From positions 1 to 31,078 of the forward strand of contig CAYPOE010000001.1 of NCBI GenBank assembly GCA_964412285.1: a stretch of DNA of 31,078 nucleotides, read 5' to 3'. Shown in pieces: positions 1 through 8,531 of the stretch. Numbering within the stretch: position 1 is the first letter of the stretch; each line of letters opens with the position of its first letter. The translations under genes and the position numbers were made by a program. Below the pieces are notes generated by a model. It did not search any database. It saw nothing but the letters and a program-made list of their open reading frames with translations, and was not told the origin of the DNA. This DNA comes from an uncultured Eubacteriales bacterium (lineage in GTDB: Bacteria; Bacillota; Clostridia; Monoglobales; CAYZNM01).

Positions 1-6
1 TAAAGT

Positions 7-39
7 AAAACTCCCTGTCATTGTGTGATAGGGAGTTTT
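7..39. terminator. Bidirectional intrinsic terminator-like hairpin
   Basis: AAAACTCCCTGTCA (7-20), loop TTGTG, TGATAGGGAGTTTT (26-39): 14-bp stem with one G-U pair, A-run on the left and T-run on the right. Confidence 0.7.
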
Positions 40-57
40 GGTTCTACATGGGATACA

Positions 58-86
58 TTGACACTTCGCGCGACATGGCGTATAAT
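58..86 (+). promoter_or_regulatory. Perfect consensus sigma70/sigmaA promoter
   Basis: TTGACA (58-63), 17-nt spacer, TATAAT (81-86). Predicted TSS near 93, upstream of the ATG at 142. Confidence 0.85.
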
Positions 87-141
87 AAATACAGTTGTAC
101 TGATACAATACAAAAGCGGGCTTTATGCATACAGGCTTCAT

Positions 142-510
142 ATGAAAAATATTCCTGAACGCGAATGGCTTGACGCATTGCCTGAAAACGTAAGAAATGG
201 CAATCAGCCGCTTACAATCAATCCGACTGACCAGAACAGGCATATCAAAGATACAGATGAGTATACCCTGGGTAGGAGTTATATCTACGGCGACATAGCC
301 GAGGCACAGGCACTGGTGAACCAATATGCAGGAACGGGCGTATTTGAATTAGACAGATCAGACAGGCCTAAAAACAAGGAGATCATAACAGCCGACAAAA
401 TCATAGGCGTTGTGATTTCTGAGTCCAACGCGGAATGCTCGAGTGAAACCCATTCATTCAAGATACACTATTCAAAGAGTGGCGTTCACATCGTACCGAG
501 AAAGGATTAA
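142..510 (+). CDS. Stand-alone polymorphic toxin type 50 (Ntox50-like) predicted RNase domain, 122 aa
   Basis: N-terminal QNRH and C-terminal FKIHYSKSGVHIVP match the two-His signature of the Ntox50 family as I recall it. Start moved from 25 to ATG 142 because the promoter at 58-86 lies inside the longer ORF. Confidence 0.7.
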   Translation: MKNIPEREWLDALPENVRNGNQPLTINPTDQNRHIKDTDEYTLGRSYIYGDIAEAQALVNQYAGTGVFELDRSDRPKNKEIITADKIIGVVISESNAECSSETHSFKIHYSKSGVHIVPRKD

Positions 511-516
511 AATGCC

Positions 517-960
517 ATGACATTATGGGAAAAGGTCAAAGACATCTATCACTTAAACGGCAAACAGCGCATACGCGTGCAATTTGAAAATGGCGACGTA
601 TGGGAAGGCATATATGATGGCTACACATCAGCCCTCGACAACGAGCCTGATCCTGCAAGCATAGATTTGCGTAGGAAGGACGGGGCGATTTACGAACTGT
701 ACGAAAATGAGATCGCGCAAATTCGTATACTCACAAGCCCCATCGAAACCCGCAACCATCTCTTAAAGATGTATCGTCTCCATCAACGCCGCACCATCGA
801 CAGCCACCACCTGCACCGCCACGCCGCACCCTTCCGCAATATCATCGACCGTGCAGCCATCGAGTGTCAGCCCATCGTCGTTAAACATCGCGGCAGACAG
901 CAGCGCGACGTCAGCCGCAACGCCGTCGAGCGCGGCGATCACGTCGGCGGCGGTCAGTAA
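517..960 (+). CDS. Putative cognate immunity protein; folded core about 72 aa, with a read-through tail antisense to the DUF512 gene
   Basis: Starts 6 nt after the toxin stop, with SD AAAGGA at 501-506. The acidic core (MTLWE..VQFENGDVWEGIYDGYTSALDNEP..IDL..ELYENEIAQIRIL) resembles small genes that follow Ntox50 toxins. The remainder is mostly reverse-strand shadow of the DUF512 gene. Confidence 0.55.
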   Translation: MTLWEKVKDIYHLNGKQRIRVQFENGDVWEGIYDGYTSALDNEPDPASIDLRRKDGAIYELYENEIAQIRILTSPIETRNHLLKMYRLHQRRTIDSHHLHRHAAPFRNIIDRAAIECQPIVVKHRGRQQRDVSRNAVERGDHVGGGQ

Positions 961-2067
961 TCCCGCGACCGTCACAGACTCGCCAAAGAACGCGTTGCGT
1001 ACACCGATCACTTGCACGTTCGCGTATTCATGCAATAGCCGCGTCAGCGGCTCGTACATAGCCATACCCGTTATCACCGCAATGCGCTTGCTCGACTGTC
1101 GTACACCGTTTGCTTTCGCGTCCTCGGCTTGTTGCAGAAACAGCGGCGCAAGTCCGACGCCGTTCTCGATCTGTGGAAACGCGCCGTAGTGCGCGGCGGA
1201 CGGCAGCGGAATACCCGCCTGCAAGTACAGCTCATCGGCGGCGTAGACAATGGGTTCGCCGTGCGCGGCGACGTTGTGCGCCGCGACTTGCTCAACTGTG
1301 CGGATGACGTCGGCCGCGTACGCGGGATCGAACGGCTCGAGCGGGTACAACCCGTCGCGGTGACGCGTGACGCCCGACGGTACGACGCTGACGCTCGGCA
1401 CGTGCGGGTACAGCGCGGACAGGTCGTGCAGCGTACGCGTGAGCGCGTCGCCGTCGTTGATGCCGCGACAGAGTACGATCTGGCAGTGCATCTCAACCCC
1501 CGCCTCGGCGAAGCGTCGCAGGATGGGCAGACAGTCGGCGTTCGGATTGCGCAGCAGCTTGGCGCGTACCTGCGGATCCGTCGCGTGAACCGATACGTTG
1601 ATGCGCGGCAGCCGCTCGTCCGTGATGCGCCGTATGTCGGACTCGGACAGGTTGGTCAGCGTGATATAGTTGCCTTGCATACACGACAGCCGATAGTCGT
1701 CGTCGCGCACGTAGAGCGTACGGCGCAGGTGCGGCGGATTCTGCGCGATGAAGCAGAATACGCAGTTGTTGCGGCACTGCTTGACGCCGTCGAAGATGTT
1801 GCCGTAGAACGTCAGTCCAATCGCACGTCCGCCACGACATCGCGCCGTACGCTTTTCGCCGTCGCGCTCGTACACGATGTCAAGCATATCGTCAGCACAG
1901 GCGTAGGCGTAGGCGAGGTAGTCCGTGATGGTGCGGCCGTTGATGCTGATCAGCACGTCGCCCGGCTTGAGACCCGCGCGGTCGGCGGGCGTACCGCGCT
2001 TGACGGCGCGGATTGCGCCGCTGTCGGTACGCCGCACCATGTGGCGCGTGATGCGCGCGCCGCTCAT
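763..2067 (-). CDS. DUF512 family protein: N-terminal PDZ-like domain plus radical-SAM-like Fe-S oxidoreductase
   Basis: GTPADRAGLKPGDVLISING (PDZ-like), CRNNCVFC (CxxxCxxC), RDDDYRLS, GNYITLTN and QIENGVG motifs. Start overlaps the upstream stop (ATGA). Confidence 0.85.
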   Translation of the reverse strand: MSGARITRHMVRRTDSGAIRAVKRGTPADRAGLKPGDVLISINGRTITDYLAYAYACADDMLDIVYERDGEKRTARCRGGRAIGLTFYGNIFDGVKQCRNNCVFCFIAQNPPHLRRTLYVRDDDYRLSCMQGNYITLTNLSESDIRRITDERLPRINVSVHATDPQVRAKLLRNPNADCLPILRRFAEAGVEMHCQIVLCRGINDGDALTRTLHDLSALYPHVPSVSVVPSGVTRHRDGLYPLEPFDPAYAADVIRTVEQVAAHNVAAHGEPIVYAADELYLQAGIPLPSAAHYGAFPQIENGVGLAPLFLQQAEDAKANGVRQSSKRIAVITGMAMYEPLTRLLHEYANVQVIGVRNAFFGESVTVAGLLTAADVIAALDGVAADVALLSAAMFNDDGLTLDGCTVDDIAEGCGVAVQVVAVDGAALMETIHL

Positions 2068-3473
2068 TGGGCGGCCGCCGTTTCGATTGCGGCCTTGAGT
2101 TCCTCGAGCTGCGCCTTACGCACGACAAATTGGGTCTCACCGCCCCACTCGACGGCGTAGTATCGGTCGTCGTACGGATACAGCACCATGGTCTCGGACG
2201 GTGTGCCATCGACGTAGTGGATCGTCACAGTGAGTTCGGGCGCGGCGGTCACAGGCTTGGTGACTTCGTCGTAGATCGTGAAGCTGATGATCGCCTGATA
2301 CGCCTTGCGGAACAGCGACGGATCGACGACGTTACCGTCGATCGAGAACGTCGGTTCCTCGGCGGCAGGATCTTCGATCGAGAGGTTGTAGCGGAATGCG
2401 CCCGAGATGTTGATGTTGTCGACGGTCTTGATGTCGCGGATGAAGATCAGCGACGAGACATAGTTGAGCGGTACGAGGTCGATGAACGAAACCACGTCGC
2501 TGTCGAGCGTGAAGACCGTGTTGTCGTCGGGCAGTTTGGCGTAGAGTTGACCGTTGCCGTCATCCTTGCCGATGAGCATCGTGTACGGGTCGGGCAGCTC
2601 CATCGAACCCGGTTCCGCGCCGTACGGCTCGGCGTACGAGAACGTCACGGTGTAGAGCGGCGGCTCGAGTCCGTATTCAGACAGATCCGTCGCGTTGTCG
2701 GCTACGAAACCCGTCGGCTTGATGTTCGGGATCCGCTCAACGATGTTCTTCTGAATCAAGTCGCTGTTGCCCGCGCGGCTGTACGGCGACGTCATGATCC
2801 ACGATGAGTAGAGGTAGTTGTTGTGCTTGGCCTCCTCTTCGCTCGCGGTATGCAGATCGATCACGCAGTCCGAACGCTCGATACGGATGCCGCCAACATT
2901 CTCACTGATGATCGTGTACTGGTCGCCGACGCGATAGTTGTCGATCGTGTACTGGAAGTAGTCGCCGATGTGCTTGTAGAGCATGAAGACCTTGCCGCTG
3001 TCGGCGGCCTTGGCAAAGTACGAACTCGACACGGGTTCAAACATGCCCACGTAGAGCACGTCTTTGCCGTTGACGGCAATCGCCACCGACGGCTCATCGA
3101 GGCCGTACGCGCTGTCAGGCTGCGGATCGGCGACGACTTCTTTGGCGTTGAGCTTGGTGATGCTCGACAGTACGCCGCCAAACGTCGCTTGGTTGATGGC
3201 GACGCCCGGGTAGTTGGCGAGCGTCCACGGGTCGGCGGATTCGTCGGCCGACTTGCGGAACTCCATGTACACGGGATCCCCGGACTCGTCGGTGAAGCGG
3301 ATGTCGACCGACGTAACCGTGCTGCTGTCGATGTTGACCACGTTCTCGGTCGTGTACGCCGCAGTGGAATCGGCTTCGGGGGCAGGTCGTGACGCGATGT
3401 ACGCGTTGACGCCGAAGTACGCGCCGACGAGTACGCCGAGTACGGCGATACCGATGATCAGTTTCTTTATCAT
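2064..3473 (-). CDS. DUF4340 domain-containing membrane-anchored protein (Gld-type ABC accessory)
   Basis: N-terminal signal/TM anchor, repeated YGLDEP/YGLEP motifs, acidic extracellular body; lies downstream of a GldG-like gene. Confidence 0.7.
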   Translation of the reverse strand: MIKKLIIGIAVLGVLVGAYFGVNAYIASRPAPEADSTAAYTTENVVNIDSSTVTSVDIRFTDESGDPVYMEFRKSADESADPWTLANYPGVAINQATFGGVLSSITKLNAKEVVADPQPDSAYGLDEPSVAIAVNGKDVLYVGMFEPVSSSYFAKAADSGKVFMLYKHIGDYFQYTIDNYRVGDQYTIISENVGGIRIERSDCVIDLHTASEEEAKHNNYLYSSWIMTSPYSRAGNSDLIQKNIVERIPNIKPTGFVADNATDLSEYGLEPPLYTVTFSYAEPYGAEPGSMELPDPYTMLIGKDDGNGQLYAKLPDDNTVFTLDSDVVSFIDLVPLNYVSSLIFIRDIKTVDNINISGAFRYNLSIEDPAAEEPTFSIDGNVVDPSLFRKAYQAIISFTIYDEVTKPVTAAPELTVTIHYVDGTPSETMVLYPYDDRYYAVEWGGETQFVVRKAQLEELKAAIETAAAQ

Positions 3474-3511
3474 GTGTTCACCTGTATTTTATGTTTTTAT
3501 ATTGTATTGTA

Positions 3512-3535
3512 ACAGACAGCCCGAAGGCTGTCTGT
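3512..3535 (-). other. Intra-operon stable stem-loop with C(UUCG)G tetraloop
   Basis: Perfect 10-bp stem ACAGACAGCC/GGCTGTCTGT; the loop reads TTCG on the transcribed minus strand; no U-tail. Confidence 0.7.
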
Positions 3536-3563
3536 GGTGGGTGGATATTGGATTGGAGTTGGA

Positions 3564-4973
3564 TTACAGATGGCGGCGGCGGTACCAGACCACGACGCCG
3601 AATACGAGACACAGCAGCGGCATCACGATGAGTAGCACGATGTAGATCGTACCCGCAACCGACGCGGTCAACGTCTCGGCGTTGAGGCGACCCGCCGTCA
3701 GCGTCTTGGGGATGATGTCAAGCGGCACGTACTGCGACGTACTCCACGTCAGCGTATTGGTGACGAAGTCGCGGTTGTAGTTGAGCAGGCTGTCATTGAC
3801 CACCGAACTCGTGCCGCACGCGACGATGAGCGCGTTCTTGTAATCGCTCGAGTTGTTGCCGATGAGCTTGTACGCCGACGCGGCGATGGTCATCGTACCC
3901 GCCTTGTCGCCTGCCTCACGCGCGAGACTCTCGGCCGGTACGCCCTTGGCGTACGCCTTGCTCGTCGTGGTCAGCATGGGCATCGCCGACGCGCCCGCCT
4001 TACCCGTGAACGACAGGTCGACGCCGCGCGTGAACGATGTGAGTACGCGCACTTTGGCGTTGATCAGCGGCTTATTGACCTCATGCTCGGAGTAGAGCTG
4101 CGATATGATGTTGTACGGCATCTGGCTGAATACGTAGTTGGGGTCGCTCTCGAGCAGCACGTTGGATTCAAACGTCATGCCCCACTCGCGCAGATACGCA
4201 TTGAGCACCGTCATCTCGACCGTGCCCGGGTCGAGGTAGATGTGGAACGCCTTGCCTTGGTTCAGGAACGCGTCGAGCTTGTCGATTTCGTCGCTCGTGA
4301 AGTCGACCTGCGGCGCGACGGAGATCACGACGTCGGCGTCCTCGGGGATTGCCGCGGTGGCCAGATCGATGTCTGTGACCGACATATTCTGCTGCTCGAT
4401 CAATGCGCGGTAGGCAGGGCCAACCTCTTCGTTGTGATTCGTGAGCAGCACGACGGACGAACGCGCATCGCGGAGTACGGTCAGGATCGCCGTCGTGAAC
4501 CGCGCCTCGGCCGACATGAAGTCGCGCTGATTGGTGTAGGTATTGAGCGGGAACATCTCTTCGGCCGTGACGACGATGTAGTTGTCGCCGCGTGCGAACA
4601 CGACGCTGTTGTTCGACAGCGGCTTCGTCACTGTGTTGTACTTCTCGATCAGCTGCGGATCCTTGGACGGCGTGACGTGCTTGACGTGCAGCCGATTCGA
4701 GTACGCGGCGTAGGTGTTCAGTGTGTTCTCGACGAGCGTATCGGGACTTGATGAATAAAAGAAGTAGACGTCGATGTCGGCCTCGAGTGCGCCGAGGATG
4801 CCCTTGGTCTGCTCGGACATCTCGAACAGCTTGTTCTCTGTGAGGTCGATGCGCAGGGCGGGGAATTGGTTGACGACCTTCTCGGTCACGACGTTGAGCA
4901 GTACGAGCGCCGCCGCAACGATGGCGATGAGGATCAGCGAACCGCTCCCATATAAAAACCGTTTATATTTCAT
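3564..4973 (-). CDS. GldG-family ABC-type uncharacterised transport system auxiliary component
   Basis: N-terminal TM, IDLTENKLFEMS motif, HNEE, APQVDFT..E..KLDAFLNQG, C-terminal TM ending WYRRRHL. Confidence 0.8.
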   Translation of the reverse strand: MKYKRFLYGSGSLILIAIVAAALVLLNVVTEKVVNQFPALRIDLTENKLFEMSEQTKGILGALEADIDVYFFYSSSPDTLVENTLNTYAAYSNRLHVKHVTPSKDPQLIEKYNTVTKPLSNNSVVFARGDNYIVVTAEEMFPLNTYTNQRDFMSAEARFTTAILTVLRDARSSVVLLTNHNEEVGPAYRALIEQQNMSVTDIDLATAAIPEDADVVISVAPQVDFTSDEIDKLDAFLNQGKAFHIYLDPGTVEMTVLNAYLREWGMTFESNVLLESDPNYVFSQMPYNIISQLYSEHEVNKPLINAKVRVLTSFTRGVDLSFTGKAGASAMPMLTTTSKAYAKGVPAESLAREAGDKAGTMTIAASAYKLIGNNSSDYKNALIVACGTSSVVNDSLLNYNRDFVTNTLTWSTSQYVPLDIIPKTLTAGRLNAETLTASVAGTIYIVLLIVMPLLCLVFGVVVWYRRRHL

Positions 4974-5004
4974 ATGATGTGTTATCCTCTAATCTCTCGT
5001 AGAC

Positions 5005-5709
5005 TCACGCCCAACGGCGTTTTTCGATCTGTTGCATGGTCAGGAACAGGAAGAACGCGATGAACGACAGGTAGTAGACGACGGAGTATACGTTGAAGAT
5101 GCCGTTGACGTAGTCGTTGAAGCGTGACAGCACGTTGAGCCACTGCACGACCGCCGATACGTACTCGTTGCCTACGACCTGCATCACCCACTCTGCGAAC
5201 CATACGATGAGCAAGATCGCGAACGTCACAATCGCCGCCGTGACCTGCGACTCCGTCAGTGCCGTGATGAGTATGCCGACGGAAATCAGCGACGCGCCGA
5301 GCAAGAAGAATCCGAGGTAGAGCGTGAAGATCGTACCCGCGACGGGCGTACCGTAGACGCTCAAGATGATCGGGTAGATCAGTGTGATCACGACGTATAA
5401 CCCGAACAGCATAAGTGCGGCCAGAAACTTGCCGAGTACGATGCGTACGACGCTGATCGGCGCGGTCAGCAGCAGCTGATCCGTCTTGTTGCGGCGATCC
5501 TCCGAGAAGAGGCGCATGGTCAGCAGCGGTACGAGGAACAGGAAGATGATCGACACGTTGCCGAAGTACCCGCTCATGTCGGTGATGCCCGACGCGATGT
5601 TGATGTTGACAAAGAACAATGCCGATATAAACAGCGCAAATCCCAAACAGATGTATCCCGTGGGCAGCGCGAAGTATGCCTTAAACTCTCGCCAGCAGAT
5701 GGCTATCAT
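5005..5709 (-). CDS. ABC-2 type transporter permease (GldF-like)
   Basis: Multiple TM segments, PLLTMRLFSEDRRNKTDQLLLTAP and ALTESQVTAA motifs. Confidence 0.85.
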   Translation of the reverse strand: MIAICWREFKAYFALPTGYICLGFALFISALFFVNINIASGITDMSGYFGNVSIIFLFLVPLLTMRLFSEDRRNKTDQLLLTAPISVVRIVLGKFLAALMLFGLYVVITLIYPIILSVYGTPVAGTIFTLYLGFFLLGASLISVGILITALTESQVTAAIVTFAILLIVWFAEWVMQVVGNEYVSAVVQWLNVLSRFNDYVNGIFNVYSVVYYLSFIAFFLFLTMQQIEKRRWA

Positions 5710-6734
5710 GATGTGTGTTCCTCCCCCGCTACGACGTCGACGATCTCGGTCTGATCCCCGCCGTCCTGCGTTTCACCCGTTTCATCGACTGCAATCGAGC
5801 GTGCGCTGTCGCGCGTGACCTTGAGGAAGACTTCCTCGAGCGTCAAGGCGGCATTGTTCATCATGATGATGGGCATATCGTTCTTCGCAAGCGCGTAGAA
5901 CAGCGCGCGGCGGATGTCGTGCTGACCCGTCGTCTCAATCGTGTACTCACTCGCGCCCTCGTCGTTGCACGAACGGTGCGATACGCTCGTCACGCCCTCG
6001 ACCTTCTCGATGATGGCCGCGACGTTCTGCCGATTGCCGCAGACGCGTGCAATCACGGTGTTGCGTCCCGACAGGCTCTGCGCGAGATTGTCAGGCGTAT
6101 CCGATGCGACGAGTACGCCGTTGTTGATGATGATGACGCGTTCGCAGATCGCCGATACCTCGGGCAGGATGTGCGATGACAGGATGATCGTGCGCGTCTT
6201 GCCGAGGCTCTTGATCAAGTCGCGGATCTCGTTGATCTGCTTGGGATCGAGGCCGACCGTCGGCTCGTCAAGGATCAAGATCTCGGGATTCCCGAGCAGA
6301 CTCTGCGCGAGTCCGACGCGTTGGCGATAGCCTTTGGACAGGTTCTTGATCAGACGCTTCTGCACGTCGGTGATCTTGACGAGTTCCATGCACTCGTCGA
6401 TGTGCTTCTGGCGGATCATCTTGATGCCCTTGAGCGAGTATGCGAAATTCAGGTAGTCGCGCACGGTCATGTCGAGGTAGAGCGGCGGCTGCTCGGGCAG
6501 ATAGCCGATCTGTCGCTTGGCCTGATCGGGCTTGGACAGGATGTCGTAGCCGTTGATCGAACACGAGCCGCTCGTCGCCGACAGATACCCCGTGAGGATG
6601 TTCATCGTCGTGGTCTTGCCCGCGCCGTTGGGGCCGAGGAAGCCGAGGATCTCGCCGTGCGGCACGGTGAAGCTCACGCCGCCCACCGCGAGTTTGTTGC
6701 CGTACTTCTTGGTCAAATTTTTGACTTCAATCAT
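5706..6734 (-). CDS. ABC transporter ATP-binding protein (GldA-like)
   Basis: Walker A GPNGAGKTT, signature LSKGYRQR, Walker B ILILDEP, H-loop SSH. Confidence 0.95.
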   Translation of the reverse strand: MIEVKNLTKKYGNKLAVGGVSFTVPHGEILGFLGPNGAGKTTTMNILTGYLSATSGSCSINGYDILSKPDQAKRQIGYLPEQPPLYLDMTVRDYLNFAYSLKGIKMIRQKHIDECMELVKITDVQKRLIKNLSKGYRQRVGLAQSLLGNPEILILDEPTVGLDPKQINEIRDLIKSLGKTRTIILSSHILPEVSAICERVIIINNGVLVASDTPDNLAQSLSGRNTVIARVCGNRQNVAAIIEKVEGVTSVSHRSCNDEGASEYTIETTGQHDIRRALFYALAKNDMPIIMMNNAALTLEEVFLKVTRDSARSIAVDETGETQDGGDQTEIVDVVAGEEHTS

Positions 6735-6744
6735 TGTACAGTCC

Positions 6745-8505
6745 TCAGTTGTCAGTCTTTAGTTGTATGCCCAACTCGTCGAGCAGCTTCTGCGGTACAG
6801 GGGACGGCGACGCGACCATGAGTTCCGACGCGTTCTGCGTCTTGGGGAACGGGATGACCTCGCGGATGTTCGTCGCGCCCGCCATGAGCATGACGAGGCG
6901 GTCGAAGCCGTACGCGATGCCACCGTGCGGCGGTACGCCGTAAGACATGGCTTCCATCAGGAAGCCGAACTGCTCCTCTGCCTGTTCGGGCGTGAAGCCG
7001 AGCGTGTTGAACATCTTGCGCTGGAGTTCGGGCGTGTTGATGCGGATCGAGCCGCCTGCAACCTCGAACCCATTCAGGATCATGTCGTACGCGAGTGCGC
7101 GGACTGCGCCGGGGTTGGACTCCATGAGCGGAATATCTTCGTCGTTGGGACGCGTGAACGGGTGGTGCTTGGCGTAGTATCGGTCATCCTCTTCGCTGTA
7201 CTCCAACAGCGGGAAGTCCGTGACCCACAGGAATGCGAATCCCTCGGGGATGGCGTTCGTGATCTTGGCGACGTACTCGCGCAGCGCACCCGCCGCTACG
7301 ACGCAGGTGTCGTACTCGCCATGTGCGACGAGCAGGATCAGGTCGTTGTCGTTTGCGCCGACAGCCGCCTTGAGGCTGTCCGTAAGTTCAGGCGTGAGGA
7401 ACTTGTTGATCGACGAGCGCACGGTTTCACCGAGTGCGACCCATGCGACGCCGCCGAGTCCGTGCTGCTTGACGGGTTCGCTGAAGCTGTCGATCGTCTT
7501 GCGCGGCGTGGCGTTGCCGCCGGGTACGACGATCGCCGCGATATGCGCGGCGGTGTCGAATGCGCCGAGACCGCAGCCTTTCATGACGGCCGTCACGTCG
7601 TGCAGTTCGAGTCCGTAGCGCACGTCAGGTTTGTCCGAACCGTAGCGCCGCATTGCTTCAGCGTAGGTCATACGCGCGAACGGCGTGGGTACATCTATAT
7701 TGAGTATATCCTTAAAAAGCGATTTCACAAACGTTTCGTTGATCGCCAGTATATCTTCGATGTCGCAGAACGACATCTCTACGTCGATCTGGTCGAACTC
7801 GGGCTGCCTGTCGGCGCGCAAGTCCTCGTCGCGCAGGCAACGCGCGATCTGGAAGTAGCGGTCGAATCCCGCGTAGATCGCGAGCTGCTTGTAGAGCTGC
7901 GGCGACTGCGGCAGCGCGTAGAAGCTGCCTTGGTTCACGCGCGACGGCACGAGGTAGTCGCGCGCACCCTCGGGCGTGGACTTCATGAGCAGCGGCGTGG
8001 GGACTTCGATGAAGCCGTTGTCCGAGAAGAACTTGCGCGTATACTGCATGACATTGTGTCGCAGCATGATGCGTCCCTGTAGGTCTGGGCGGCGCAAGTC
8101 TAAATAGCGATAGCGTAGGCGCAACTCTTCGTTGGTGTCGGAGTCGGGTTCGATATAGAACGGCGGGGTCTTCGCCTTGGCGTAGAGTGTGATGTCCTCG
8201 ACGATCACCTCGATCGCACCCGTGGGCAGATCGGGGTTGACATTCTCGGGCGTACGTGCGGCAACCGTGCCGACCACGCCGACGACGAATTCGCCGCGCA
8301 GCGACACAGCTGTTTCCCATACGGCGGGCGATACGCTGTCGGGGAATGTGATCTGCACGATGCCCGTGCGGTCGCGGAGCCATACGAAGATCACGCCACC
8401 GAGGTTGCGCGTACGCGCGACGTAGCCGTTCAGCCGCACGGATTGTCCGACGTGCGTGTCGCGGAGTTCACCGCAGTAGTGCGTGCGTTTTATCAGATTA
8501 GACAT
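6745..8505 (-). CDS. aspS: Aspartate--tRNA ligase
   Basis: RTHYCGELR, KSTPEGARDYLVPSR, YALPQSPQLYKQL, RDEDLRADRQPEF and PPHGGIAYGFDRL. RNLGG (not RDHGG) suggests the discriminating type (inference). Confidence 0.97.
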   Translation of the reverse strand: MSNLIKRTHYCGELRDTHVGQSVRLNGYVARTRNLGGVIFVWLRDRTGIVQITFPDSVSPAVWETAVSLRGEFVVGVVGTVAARTPENVNPDLPTGAIEVIVEDITLYAKAKTPPFYIEPDSDTNEELRLRYRYLDLRRPDLQGRIMLRHNVMQYTRKFFSDNGFIEVPTPLLMKSTPEGARDYLVPSRVNQGSFYALPQSPQLYKQLAIYAGFDRYFQIARCLRDEDLRADRQPEFDQIDVEMSFCDIEDILAINETFVKSLFKDILNIDVPTPFARMTYAEAMRRYGSDKPDVRYGLELHDVTAVMKGCGLGAFDTAAHIAAIVVPGGNATPRKTIDSFSEPVKQHGLGGVAWVALGETVRSSINKFLTPELTDSLKAAVGANDNDLILLVAHGEYDTCVVAAGALREYVAKITNAIPEGFAFLWVTDFPLLEYSEEDDRYYAKHHPFTRPNDEDIPLMESNPGAVRALAYDMILNGFEVAGGSIRINTPELQRKMFNTLGFTPEQAEEQFGFLMEAMSYGVPPHGGIAYGFDRLVMLMAGATNIREVIPFPKTQNASELMVASPSPVPQKLLDELGIQLKTDN

Positions 8506-8531
8506 ATATATTCACCTTTGATCAAGTTTGA

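Noticed and set aside
25-141. N-terminal 39-codon extension of the toxin ORF given in the ORF track
   Set aside because: It starts inside a terminator hairpin and spans the -35/-10 promoter, so it cannot be on the predicted transcript.
1129-2160. Long antisense or alternative-frame ORFs, e.g. 1129-2160, 6763-8082, 13067-14347, 18112-19341, 18282-19595 and 22617-24407
   Set aside because: They shadow well-supported genes in GC-rich sequence, are Arg/Val/Asp-rich without motifs, and lack SD sites.
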